DNA of 63,435 bases, counting the filler, from Octopus bimaculoides (taxonomy: Eukaryota): NCBI RefSeq assembly GCF_001194135.2. It is 6 parts of 5 records of this genome, joined end to end, with 100 filler letters (N's around TTAATTAATTAA, not from the genome) between each part and the next. Parts side by side here need not be neighbours in the genome. Positions count along the whole stretch, not along the records: positions 1 to 23,859 come from NC_068999.1; positions 23,960 to 33,110 come from NC_068985.1; 4 more parts are not named here. One strand, given 5' to 3'. The position numbers were made by a program, and so were the translations under genes. The notes below the pieces were generated by a model that had not been told where the DNA came from, made no database searches, and saw only the letters and a list, made by a program, of their open reading frames with translations. Below are positions 13,980 through 27,087 of the stretch, piece by piece. How positions within the stretch are numbered: position 1 is the first letter of the stretch; each line of letters starts with the position of its first letter.

Positions 13980-15188
13980 CTAGCAGAAGTACCCGACGTT
14001 GCTCGGATTTAAAATACTACAATGTTTTGATAATTAGTATAATTCCTATGTCATAAATAACGCTAGCGCTAAACTGTAACAAAATTGGTCACTTATTGTA
14101 ACAAAATTTTAACAAAACTGTCGCAAATAGTAACAAAATTAGTCGCCGGGCAACGATGAAGACAAGCGGTAACAGTTTGATATGAAGTCTTGAGAAGGGA
14201 TTTAATGTGTTCTCAGATGGTGTATCAATCACGTGTGCCCTTAAGTATGTATAGTAGAGAAGGGGTATCACGGCTGTAGGCGACAACGTGGCGGGAATTA
14301 AGTAAACAGTGTTAAAAAAAGGGGGTGCGCATAAATAGTGTTCACGCCCACATGTCACAGGTCATGTTCGCAGTTCACCACGCTTCACACACCGTGAACA
14401 GAGGGTAATATAAAGAAAATGTGATGCTTAAGTGTTTGGATGAGGGGCATTATTACGACAGGCAATAAGAGGAGGAGGTTTAAGTAAATACTAATGTATA
14501 TCGATAAAACCAGTGAGCTAAATATTGGCGTATGAGTAAACGGCAGAAGTGGTAAACAAAAATAAAAGAAGTTTCATCGAGTAACTTCCAAATTTAATGC
14601 AAATAAACTTGACAAATCATTAGTTTAAATCAGTGAATTAAGCATGGGTAATATTCTTGACAAACTCGCAGCGAATCAGTTTCGGAACTGGAGAAGTTGT
14701 AGGCAAAAAAACGAATTTTACGCAGTTATTCGCAGACTTTTCCCTTTCAACGCGGATTGACTTGACAAAAACATAAGTTTAGAGCAATTCTTAAAGCATG
14801 AGTAATTTCTGTGTAAAATGTGGAGCGAATGGGCTGGAACCTGCGGAAGTTATTGGCAAAAGACATATTTTTACGCAGTTATTCGTGGATTTTTCACAAT
14901 TACCGCGGATGTACTTGACAAAACAATTCTTATGTCATGAGTAATGATCATTTCCAATTTAGAGGAAATCGCTCGATAACCAAGGGAATTATGGGCAAAG
15001 AATGGTTTTTCTGACCCCTTATCCGCAGTTCTGGAGGTACACAGGAGGGGTCTGGAGAATATGAAGTAGATCGTGACCACTCTTGCAACATAAGCTATCA
15101 GTGTGTCAAGTTTGAGGGAAATCTGTTGAAAAATATGGAAATGCATAAAGCGCATACAAACAGAGACAGACACACAGACATCTTCTGT

Positions 15189-15190
<2 letters not shown>
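13980..15190 (-). mobile_element. Non-autonomous Helitron-like element with internal ~155-bp tandem repeats
   Basis: Minus strand starts with a (CTGT)-like tract next to (TA)n and ends CCGAGCAACGTCGGG (hairpin) - TACTTCTG - CTAG followed by T, the typical Helitron 3' end; about 3 diverged units marked by CTTGACAAA near 14608, 14760, 14915. Confidence 0.7.
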
Positions 15191-15219
<29 letters not shown>

Positions 15220-18200
15220 TATAATTTGCCATACATAATTTTATGTTCAACAAGTTAGAAATTCTATAAGAAAAGTACCCACCACGTAAATACATACAAA
15301 GTGCATTAAGTTTATACATATTTTCACTATAACAAGTCATTATAATGAAAGACAAAAATATGATATGCAATGATTAAGCGGAGAGATATATTCTGTTGGC
15401 CAATGGCAACTTAAAACACGGCTAAGACAACAGAAAAATAATCATGTTTATATGAATATGATGTATTAGATATATCTAAGGAGATATTTAGTGAATTGGA
15501 ATTTTGCGTAATAACTCTCACGAAATAAAGCTATTCGAAGTATATTTTACATTTACTTCATATGTTTTCCAAACATATGATCATATTGTCGTAATGATAA
15601 ACAAAGCTAGAAATATTTAAGTCATGTAATTTCAAGCCAATTTTTTTTTTTAATTCTCTTAAAGAGTTCATGAAAGAAATAATACGAGATAAACATTACA
15701 TGAGGACATCAAATTTATAATTGCAACATTTTTCAACTTGCCGATGTTAAGAAACTGTGAACCTACGATGGAATTATTACATTGTAGTTTTGTGTTAGTA
15801 ATATCATTTCTTTTGCCTTGAATTTGCAGATAGTTAGGTTTAACTTCTGCGCGTCACCTATTTTTTTTTTCATATGTGTGCCACGTGATATTTTATGTAC
15901 CCGTCAGTAGCAAAAGCATATAGAGGGTATTCACACGAGTAAATGTACCGAAAATTTCTCTTTCATGCATTATGATTTTTTTTTTTATTTTTCATTCTGA
16001 TAAGCTAATAGCTGTCTTGCATTTCTCATTGCTGCTAGGAGTACAACATAGACATTACTATTTCGGTAAAGAGGTATATAGCAAATAATATTCTTCAATA
16101 ATTGTTATTCTCTTCTTGTAGGAGTGTTACACAATATGAAAAATACAGAAGTGATATTTCATGTACATTTCATATATTAATTTGGTTTAAGCATGTTTTC
16201 ATAGGATGCACCATACAACTAATTCATTTTTTGAAACCCTCCAAACATATTTACGTTACTTGTTCATGAAGAAATACTTTGAATATATATAATATATATA
16301 ATATTAGAGACAAAATCCAAAATTACAGGTAAAGACTCAATTAAAATCAATTTATAAAAAATTAAAATTAAATTGAGCTTTATAGATAAAACTGTGTATA
16401 TATATATAAAGTTTAATCTTTTATTCGTGATAATTTTTTTCTTACCTAATTTTTCCATTCATATTTTTATTTTTACGTTTGTAGAAATAAATATTCTTAT
16501 ATTTTTCTATTATTCAATTCATTTTTAATGATAATTAAATAAACGTTTTTAGCTTTAACTATTACACCGGTTAAATATGTACTAATTTTATCTTCATTAT
16601 TATTTTAAACTTAAACTTCGTTCAAATTGTATTTAAAACAAAGATAATTTAAAACAATGATAATTTATGTAAGCTGTTTTTTGTATATAATATNNNNNNN
16701 NNNNNNNNNNNNNNNNNNNNNNNNNNNNNNNNNNNNNNNNNNNNNNNNNNNNNNNNNNNNNNNNNNNNNNNNNNNNNNNNNNNNNNNNNNNNNNNNNNNN
16801 NNNNNNNNNNNNNNNNNNNNNNNNNNNNNNNNNNNNNNNNNNNNNNNNNNNNNNNNNNNNNNNNNNNNNNNNNNNNNNNNNNNNNNNNNNNNNNNNNNNN
16901 NNNNNNNNNNNNNNNNNNNNNNNNNNNNNNNNNNNNNNNNNNNNNNNNNNNNNNNNNNNNNNNNNNNNNNNNNNNNNNNNNNNNNNNNNNNNNNNNNNNN
17001 NNNNNNNNNNNNNNNNNNNNNNNNNNNNNNNNNNNNNNNNNNNNNNNNNNNNNNNNNNNNNNNNNNNNNNNNNNNNNNNNNNNNNNNNNNNNNNNNNNNN
17101 NNNNNNNNNNNNNNNNNNNNNNNNNNNNNNNNNNNNNNNNNNNNNNNNNNNNNNNNNNNNNNNNNNNNNNNNNNNNNNNNNNNNNNNNNNNNNNNNNNNN
17201 NNNNNNNNNNNNNNNNNNNNNNNNNNNNNNNNNNNNNNNNNNNNATATATATATATATATAAACGATATAAACGTATAAATCCTCAGATAATAGTGCTCT
17301 CACTCGGAGCGTTTTAATCTTTATTGAAGTGACTATAACTGACCTGTATATAGCTTTGGTTTGGAACGTGTTAGGTAGGTGCAAAAACAAAATAATTCAG
17401 AGGAGGAAGAAGAAAATATCAGAAGTTCTGTGCAATATACAATCGATAACGTTTAAAATGAAATGATTATCAGGAAACCTCAACATTTAAGTGCAAAAAT
17501 TGATAACATGTTAAACATAGTGATACTGATAATAATGGCGATGGTAGAAAAATATGCTGATTATTAGGGCGATGATTGTGATGCTGAAGCCAATAATGAT
17601 GATATGGATAGTATATTCGAAATTCAATTTCAGATTTCAAGTAGCAAAATAATATTTGAAGAAATAACGATATAGTAATAAACTACGAAATTAATGTATG
17701 CATATGTATACATATGTGTACATACGTCTGTGTGTTTGTATGTGAGTATATATACATATATGTACACACACATACGTGTATAAGTATATACGTATGTATA
17801 AGTATGTAAATATTCATGTCTGTGTGTATATATATATATGTCTGCGTATATATGTATATATGTATGTATATCTTCATTGCATTTTTATTTTTGTAAATAT
17901 CTGCATTGGGATAATTATTAAATATCCTAGAATATGATTCGTATTATGAATACTAGATTCTTGGCGAGCTTAGCAAAAATTCATTTTAATTTAATTATAC
18001 ACATTAAACATTTGACACTATTTTGCAATAGTACTAGATTGTTTATTTTGCTTTAGTTTTAGCAACATTTTTTTTATCAGTGTAATTAATGTTCAACATT
18101 AACGTTCATACGATCAATATAACCACATGCAATCAAATAAGATTTGAGATATTTATTATATTTCTTAATGTAGTTTACTCCATAAATATGCTGTACCGCA

Positions 18201-21200
18201 GTGTCTTTCGATTTACTAGTTTGATGACTGAAATTTACATCACATATAAGCATGAAAATATTTTGCATGCTGTTTATTCAAGTAGATTCAATTTTATTTT
18301 TCTAGGAGAAACTTTTTTTCTTTAAGGTTGTAATTTATTTCATTCGGAACAAAGTCACATTACCTATAAACTTAATGAGGAAGTCACTTATATCGAAAGT
18401 GATGTAGTACCAGCACTTTCCTAATTTACTACTAGATGATAACTTACAGTGCCCACCATAGCCAGATTCAAATCGGTGCTTCAAGGGGAATTAATAAATC
18501 CAAAAATTCACTTTGACCATGTCTCACAGAATTTATCAAACCATAGCTCTTGTATGGGTCAAACAGTAAAGGTCTTTTTTTCAGATTAACATAGTAACAG
18601 ATTGAATTCGTGTATATTAGATACATTTAAAAGATTTGTGTAGAATCTGAAATGGTAGTGTTTATCGTATAGATGAGTATCTTGTTAATTGTAGTTGCTA
18701 TAGTTTTCTACCGTGTTAACCTCCGTAAGATTCGATAAAATATAGGGAACCGTTCATATTTTGGACATATGAAGTGAAATTCTTTACATTAGTAACAATC
18801 ATTGAACTAATATTTCTAATATGTAAAATATGTGATTCAACGGCTTAACAGGAAGTACATGTTCGTCACATGTACTTTTCACTCTCCCAGGAGCTGCCTT
18901 TTCACTCAACTAGGAGCTGCCTTTTCACTCTCCCAAAATCCATGGGCTGTCTTTAAAATGAATTTCGTCAATCACTAAAATTAAATATCTGGGTTTAGTA
19001 CATAGGCTATTTCCCTCCATCAAAGGCTGTGGTTCAGGATCTCTATAAGAACTATTTTATTTTGGAATGATTGAATCATACAGTGTCGGAATCCATTCAG
19101 CTAAAAAGAAAAAAATGAAATCGTGTAACTCTTATGTACAGCTTTCTATTAGAGTGATATCAAGATTACCAGTTCAGAATCAATGAATTGAATGAAAACA
19201 GTTACAACATCGGATATGTTCAAATACACGCATCTCAACAATTTTTGAAAATGTCACTATATTAGCAACTTTTTTATTATCTAAGTGTGAAGAAAGTATA
19301 TTATTGCACATTTATTTTCAGGAACTATGCTTAAGAATTACATGTAAAATGTTGATCAGCCATATCCACCTCGCTTTTCTATATCTAACACTAGTTTCTC
19401 GCTCAATATGCCTTCTTTTAGAACCGTAAATTGTTAAGAGTCTTAGTTGCGTTGTCCAATATACAACGCTGATTGATTCTACAGAAGTTGGCGTCAGAGA
19501 AAAATTAAGGCGGCAATTGATTAAAGCATGTAACATTTTGTGTCCAAATCATGCCGGCACTTACTTTTGTTCTGTTGCTTTTGAGGCTGAGACAATACAA
19601 CTGATGTCAACTACTGGTCTTTCACGTTCGATAATATAAACGTAATGATGATTTGGGTTCAAATTTACGACTGAAACATCCAAGTCTTTGTTGCGCGCCT
19701 ATTTTGAAATCGTTATATATTGAGTTATTCTCGATTGGAATAGATGAAATCATACTAAAGATTTTAACAGTAATATAATTTACACATTTTAGTGATTGCA
19801 TGTCCAAGTTTTAACTAAAATACCACATTGATAACGTAATGCAATTTCATAAAAAGAAAAGTAATATTCGAAGATTGTTTGAAAACTCCGATAAGCAGCA
19901 GTTACTTGACAAAAAAGTAGATTCTAGTTAGTGACATCAAAGTTAGTTCTACAAGAATTTATAGTGAAAAAACATAATTGTAGTACTTCACAGGAAATGA
20001 ACGCATATACTTTGCATTTAATGTTTTTTTGTTCAACTTCATTCGTAGAATTTCGTCTTTCTTTTTCTGAAGCGTTCTATTTTCTTCAAATTTATTTGCA
20101 CTTAATTGGAATTGACATTTAACATACCGTGAGGTAGAAGTCTTCAGCGACCTTCTTCAGATTTGTTGGCAGATTCTTACACCAAACAGATTGATGATCA
20201 TCTAACAGTGTGTTTGTGTGTACATGTATATACGTATTTCTGTGTACGCGTATATATGTTTCTATATACATATATTTGCGCCTATGTCTGAACATATATA
20301 CATGTATGTATATATATATATATATATTTNNNNNNNNNNNNNNNNNNNNNNNNNNNNNNNNNNNNNNNNNNNNNNNNNNNNNNNNNNNNNNNNNNNNNNN
20401 NNNNNNNNNNNNNNNNNNNNNNNNNNNNNNNNNNNNNNNNNNNNNNNNNNNNNNNNNNNNNNNNNNNNNNNNNNNNNNNNNNNNNNNNNNNNNNNNNNNN
20501 NNNNNNNNNNNNNNNNNNNNNNNNNNNNNNNNNNNNNNNNNNNNNNNNNNNNNNNNNNNNNNNNNNNNNNNNNNNNNNNNNNNNNNNNNNNNNNNNNNNN
20601 NNNNNNNNNNNNNNNNNNNNNNNNNNNNNNNNNNNNNNNNNNNNNNNNNNNNNNNNNNNNNNNNNNNNNNNNNNNNNNNNNNNNNNNNNNNNNNNNNNNN
20701 NNNNNNNNNNNNNNNNNNNNNNNNNNNNNNNNNNNNNNNNNNNNNNNNNNNNNNNNNNNNNNNNNNNNNNNNNNNNNNNNNNNNNNNNNNNNNNNNNNNN
20801 NNNNNNNNNNNNNNNNNNNNNNNNNNNNNNNNNNNNNNNNNNNNNNNNNNNNNNNNNNNNNNNNNNNNNNNNNNNNNNNNNNNNNNNNNNNNNNNNNNNN
20901 NNNNNNNNNNNNNNNNNNNNNNNNNNNNNNNNNNNNNNNNNNNNNNNNNNNNNNNNNNNNNNNNNNNNNNNNNNNNNNNNNNNNNNNNNNNNNNNNNNNN
21001 NNNNNNNNNNNNNNNNNNNNNNNNNNNNNNNNNNNNNNNNNNNNNNNNNNNNNNNNNNNNNNNNNNNNNNNNNNNNNNNNNNNNNNNNNNNNNNNNNNNN
21101 NNNNNNNNNNNNNNNNNNNNNNNNNNNNNNNNNNNNNNNNNNNNNNNNNNNNNNNNNNNNNNNNNNNNNNNNNNNNNNNNNNNNNNNNNNNNNNNNNNNN

Positions 21201-22769
21201 NNNNNNNNNNNNNNNNNNNNNNNNNNNNNNNNNNNNNNNNNNNNNNNNNNNNNNNNNNNNNNNNNNNNNNNNNNNNNNNNNNNNNNNNNNNNNNNNNNNN
21301 AATCGAGTAATCGAGTGAGTTTTGTTGTGGGTATGAGGAGCTGTGGTGTTTCCGTCGTGTTGTATATTACGTCAATGTCTGTGTTACATGATTCGATAAT
21401 AATATATAAATTATAAATAAAACCAATATCTGCCACAACGCTAAGTAACGCTTGAAGTATTGCAGCATATTCCCTGTAACATGTCGCAATTGGGAATTCT
21501 ATTCAATACAGAAAAATAGGAAACGTTTCTTTGTAAATAATATGTTATATCTCTTAAATTCAAAATGGCGATGGCGAATAAGTCTTACAAGCCTCTAAAA
21601 GTTTTACAACAACATGTATTCTATGAACTGTATTATAAAGCAAAGTACATAATGCAGATAGATGAAATAATCTCAGGCAATTATCCGTCATCGCTGTACA
21701 TCGTATTCTAATAAAAACCATAAAAACCTAGTTAAATGGACAAAATTACATAACGTACACGTAGTGATAAAAGAGAATCTGTTGTGGCGAGGAGTGGCCA
21801 AAGATACATACAAGCTGGTTGGCCTAAAGTAGAAGACTTCTTATGTCTCCCTTTTGTCAGGAGCAGTGTGATATAAATATATTCTTGTATTTTTAGTAAT
21901 CATTCGACATGAAAATTTATTTTATAGGCACCGAACCGCTTGGAATTTCCATTATTATTTTTTTCCTTTAAACTCATTTGCAGCTCTTTCACATTTTCTA
22001 TATATTTAGTACGTAGATCATAAAGTTGTTTAAAAAAAGAACTCTTTGAAAAAAAACTTAGAATTTTAAAAAACCTGAACTTTAAAAAAATCTGTTTGAG
22101 GAAAGATGTGCGGCCACCGAAGGCGACAGAATAAGTTTCTTCTTTCCGTATTCCATGAAACGATTGTAAGAATATATCACTTCATTATATTTTCATTTCA
22201 TTCGTGAACTGCTTTATTTTTATTTCTTTCGAGGACAAATTTTACTTAATTCTAAATCTTTTAAACATATCAGCTGCTCGTGGTTTTAATTTAATTTATT
22301 CTATCTGATGTAATTTTTTGTATATATCTGCGTGATGGCCCAACCTGTGCTTAGAATAAAAAATATATATGTATATATTTGATTGTATTCCCAATTTGAA
22401 TATATACTGGCCGGACTAGGAGGATGATAAACAAATCTGTCTTCTCTCCCTCCTTGAAATTTAATATATATACATACACACATACATACATACATACGTA
22501 CATACANNNNNNNNNNNNNNNNNNNNNNNNNNNNNNNNNNNNNNNNNNNNNNNNNNNNNNNNNNNNNNNNNNNNNNNNNNNNNNNNNNNNNNNNNNNNNN
22601 NNNNNNNNNNNNNNNNNNNNNNNNNNNNNNNNNNNNNNNNNNNNNNNNNNNNNNNNNNNNNNNNNNNNNNNNNNNNNNNNNNNNNNNNNNNNNNNNNNNN
22701 NNNNNNNNNNNNNNNNNNNNNNNNNNNNNNNNNNNNNNNATATGCATATGTATATGTACTTATACGTGT

Positions 22770-22935
22770 ATGTGCGTGTCTTTGTGTTTGTATTTCTCTC
22801 CACCACCCCTTTGCAACCGGTTTTTGTGGTTGAGAAAGCGAATCCGTTAGAATAACTATCAGACTTACAATAATGTAAATACTGGTGTATTCAACGAAGC
22901 CTGACCAGCATGGCCGCAGTCCAAAGATTGAAAAA
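22770..22935 (+). mobile_element. Degenerate 3' half of SINE family A
   Basis: CACCACC..CAACCGG..CCAGCATGGCCGCAGTC. Confidence 0.5.
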
Positions 22936-23159
22936 ATTATGTTTATTTATCGCTACTAATTTCGACACATTTCTGTATTAGCTGTACGTCCCCGAGGACA
23001 TTGTTTAAAATAATTTCTAGAGCGATCGTATAAGTTGCAAAACTTTCACACAAACTTTGTTAATTACACATTTTTATAAACATCTCAATTATGCGCATTA
23101 TATACATTATTTAAATTATTTACATTCGACGGATATTTGTCTTCATCTTGTTTGTTGTT

Positions 23160-23388
23160 AACAACGTTTTGGCTGATATACCCCACTGCATTTTTCATGT
23201 GTCTTGGGGAAATTTCGAACCTGGGTTCTCATTCCTAAGGTACTTTTCGATGTCATTATTATCATTATTATTAACATTATTATTATTATTAATATTGTTG
23301 TTGTTGTTCAGGTCACTGATTGGAATAGAACTCGGAATCTTGGGGTTAGTAGCCTGCGCTCTTAAATCCCTACGCCATATGCCCGTGG
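23160..23388 (-). mobile_element. tRNA-derived SINE, family D, with internal (AAT/AAC)n
   Basis: Minus strand GGCATATGGCGTAGGGATTTAAGAGCGCAGGCTACTAACCCCAAGATTCCGAGTTCTATTCC has A/B-box-like spacing, followed by a trinucleotide tract and a distinct tail. Confidence 0.65.
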
Positions 23389-23821
23389 ACAAATATCCGT
23401 CGAATGAAAATAATGTAAATAATGCACATAATACCTCCTCTCTTAAATATAGAACTGCACCTCAATTATGTCATTTATAAATACATGGATTAGAATGATA
23501 TATTTTTACGTTTATACATGGGTACAAATATGAATTTATGTAACTATATATCTATATATTTATATGGATATCTCTTTCATTCTCTGTAGGTACACACACG
23601 CACACACATAAACACACATGTCAATCTATTCAATCTATCTTGCTCGTTTAGAGTGCGTATTTACAATCATACAAAACGCTGATGCCCTGGCTGTGAATTA
23701 AGGAGTCTATTTTAGGAACGAGATTCAATAACTATAACATGTTTGTGTACGAATGTGATTAAATATTTATGCATGCATGCATGTATATAAATACACACTC
23801 ACATAACTACGCGTATACATG

Positions 23822-23859
<38 letters not shown>

Positions 23860-23959
23860 NNNNNNNNNNNNNNNNNNNNNNNNNNNNNNNNNNNNNNNNN
23901 NNNTTAATTAATTAANNNNNNNNNNNNNNNNNNNNNNNNNNNNNNNNNNNNNNNNNNNN
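23860..23959. other. Assembly placeholder N44-TTAATTAATTAA-N44 (12-mer also at 33155, 50934, 56819, 61405)
   Basis: Identical 100-bp construct five times; the 12-mer has stops in all six frames. Confidence 0.95.
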
Positions 23960-23988
23960 ATATATATACATATATATACATACATACA

Positions 23989-24020
<32 letters not shown>

Positions 24021-24169
24021 CACATGAAAAATGGAACAAAAACGCAATAGCAAACAATAAAACATTCGGACAGATAGACGATACAAAGACGGACAGGAGA
24101 AACAACAATTAGAAGGACAGGGAAAAAAAAAAAGATGGTTCATTCTTGGCTTTCTTTCTTCAGTCAAGT

Positions 24170-24660
24170 TACCAGATGTCCTTACTGTTTCGGGCAGTTA
24201 CACTTGAGACAGTTCGATCTGGTTGCCCCCAGAAAAGTCTAAGCTAAAGCATTAGATTTTTTGTAAGAGAGCTAGCGAATGTGTACGGCAACAATGACAT
24301 ACACACACACACAAAAAAACGGAGAACATGGTACACAATTACAAATACAAGAATATAACAAGGAATCAAACTGAGCTGGCGTGTATGAAGTGAAATCATA
24401 AAGGCAGGAACATAGGAGATGGACATAGGAAGTGTTGGCGGTCAGCAGTCAGGCCAAGAAAGAAAGATCATGGCTGACCGAACACCGGTCACAAGGAAGT
24501 AGGAGAGAGGGGTAGGGGGAAGCGGGATTGAAGGATTAGAAAAAATCAAAGAGACAATGGGAAAAGTGCAGGGAAGATAGACGAGGAGCAATAGTGGGAG
24601 TTAAAGACAGGACCAAGAAACGCGCAGGAGAGAGGGGAGACTAAAAGATAGAGTAAAAGA
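24170..24660 (-). mobile_element. Possible 3' region of a Penelope-like element with a decayed hammerhead motif
   Basis: Pyrimidine-rich minus strand ending in GGGCA..TGCCC-GAAAC-A-GTA; no coding remnant seen. Confidence 0.35.
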
Positions 24661-24668
24661 GTCGAAAG

Positions 24669-24711
<43 letters not shown>

Positions 24712-25064
24712 NNNNNNNNNNNNNNNNNNNNNNNNNNNNNNNNNNNNNNNNNNNNNNNNNNNNNNNNNNNNNNNNNNNNNNNNNNNNNNNNNNNNATGAA
24801 TGTAGTAATGTGTGTGTGTATATATTATGAATCGAGTAATGTATATATTATGAATCTAGTAGTGTGTGTGTGTGTGTATGTATGTATGTATATGTATATA
24901 CATACGTATATGTATACAGGCATGCATACGTATGTGTGTGTGTGTGTCTGTGTGTGCATTGTGCATAAAGCAACATGGTGGGCTTGAGGTGTTAGAGGCG
25001 ATAAACAAATACACACGCACATACACATGCACAAATGCACATTATATAGACGGAGAGTATTGCC

Positions 25065-25230
25065 ATGTGCTTTAGAATTTCACTTCGCTACCACTTGGTT
25101 TCGGGTTCAATCCCACTACGGTACTTTTGCTTTGTGTCTTTTACCTTTTTACTAAAGGCCTCGGACCCGACCGATGCCTTCGCGTTTGTGCTTGTCCTTC
25201 CGCTATTTGATAACCAATGTCGGTTTATTT
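25065..25230 (+). mobile_element. Degenerate 5' half of SINE family A
   Basis: GGTTTCGGGTTCAATCCCACT..GGCCTCGGACCCGACCGATGCCTT. Confidence 0.55.
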
Positions 25231-25486
25231 ATGTTCTCATAACTGAGCATTCCGATAAAATATTCGATGCAATATGATCGATTTGTCTGATAAATCCTAC
25301 CATGCAGTATGTATATATATCTCGGCGAGTAACTTTCTAGGTGCGATCCCATGGTCGTTCATGACCGAAGGGGGTCTTTACTTCTTTACTAATCATGATA
25401 CAACCTTAAGAGGTGGAGGCAGTTTTATTAAATCAAGTAAGTTGTATTGTATTTGATACACCTACATTTGTTTATGCCCCGCCTAC

Positions 25487-25547
<61 letters not shown>

Positions 25548-26052
25548 AGTGTCGCAGTGTTGTTTTGGTTTTGTTATTTGTTTTGTCCGAAGCACACAAA
25601 ATCCCACATTTATGAGAAAGAGTATGAGACAATCATCTCTTTCACTTGAACGGGGTCTTGTACTATCATATGACAAACAACTATATCTCGAACGAAATGC
25701 ATTAAATTACATCAGCTTTAGCTTCGGCCTATGAGGTTTCGAGTTCACGTTACATTTCTCTAATGTTGGAAAAGGAAGAAACCAGTAATGTATTAGGATT
25801 AATTTTTACACTACAAAAGTTAACTTAGGAGAAAAAACAATCACCTCTTGTGATCTCTTTAGTTCCATTTTATTGCTGTCGTATGTATGTATGTATGTAT
25901 GTATGTATGTATGTATGTATGTTATCAATCAGTTTCATTTCTGTATTTCTTGTCAATAGAGAAAGAGCCGGACTCTAGCATAGATTCAAGGTTCCTTCAT
26001 TGGAACTTTTATCAACATCATCTAGGTATTTGTGCATATGTGTGTGTATGCA

Positions 26053-26210
26053 CAGATTTGTATGTTTGTTTTATGGATGCGTTTTTATGTATATATTTTC
26101 ATGTCTAGGCGTATGCATATGTATTTATGCGCAGATTTGTATGTTTGTTTTATGGATGCGTTTTTATGTATATATTTTCATGTCTAGATGCATGCATATG
26201 TATTTATGTG
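26053..26210. repeat. 79-bp tandem duplication (2 copies)
   Basis: CAGATTTGTATGTTTGTTTTATGGATGCGTTTTTATGTATATATTTTCATGTCTAG starts at 26053 and 26132. Confidence 0.9.
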
Positions 26211-26485
26211 CCAACATTTTTGAAAAGTTTTACATATCTTTACAGTTCCATTGATGGCTTGAATCTGTAGTCTTCTAATCAGCCGTTTTCTTTCAGGTTT
26301 TGAGAACCCTAATTTTTCCAGTATGTCACTATTCAGTTTTATTTCAAGATTTCTTGCCAATAGAGAAAGAGTAGGGTTCTAATCTAGATCTAAGGCTCCT
26401 TCATTGGAATTAGGGGGTCGCAAAAAGTTATAAAATTGCGCATTAGCTTTGATTAACTGCTGTCTATCGAGATAGTTCGAGACTC

Positions 26486-26698
26486 ATGTTTTCAATACCA
26501 GACTGGTTGTTTTATCAAGCAGTAGGCTTTTTCCAAGAACTTAACAAACCAGAGGTGGTCATTTTCTCAAGTTATTTATTCGTACGGAGTCGTAAAAAGG
26601 AAAGGTCTGTTTTTACCTATTTACAGAGAACTTTAACTAGGCGCAGTACAACACTGATCGAGCCAATACCAAGTTACTGCTTCGAGGTTTTGTATTAG
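26486..26698 (+). pseudogene. Possible highly decayed hAT (Buster/Charlie-type) transposase C-terminal remnant
   Basis: IPDW, FSSYL and IEP.. weakly recall the hAT dimerisation-domain consensus; nearby GGGGTCGCAAAAAGTT and TTGAGAACCC resemble hAT ends. Confidence 0.3.
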
Positions 26699-26949
26699 TA
26701 GCAAGAAACAGGCTCATCCTTCTCACAGGCTTCAATGAAAATGTAATCTGAAATAAATTTGTTTCTTTCATTAATGTTTTTAACCTAGTAGAGTTAAATG
26801 GGTCGCCATAAACTGGTGTCATAAATAATGCGTCGTGTCTCTAAAACGTTTGGGAACAACTGGGCTAGTGTGATATGAGAGTGAATTTGTTGGGATTTTG
26901 TTGTTGCATGTTTGTATTTTCTTAGATTCCGAGCAATCACGTAGAAGAC

Positions 26950-27015
26950 TAGTCTACGAAATACCACCGCTAAGCATTTCGTCGAGAGCACTAACGATTC
27001 TACCAACTCACCACC

Positions 27016-27018
<3 letters not shown>
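26950..27018 (-). mobile_element. SINE family B head fragment
   Basis: CCGCTAAGCATTTCG..CTAACGATTCTACCAACTCACCACCTTA. Confidence 0.6.
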
Positions 27019-27086
<68 letters not shown>

Positions 27087-27087
27087 T
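27017..27087. repeat. (AAT)n microsatellite, 5' flank of R4-like copy 2
   Basis: Directly visible. Confidence 0.95.

Noticed and set aside
23904-23915. Recurring TTAATTAATTAA motif (five copies)
   Set aside because: Always centred in exactly 44+44 Ns, so it is an assembly spacer, not biology.
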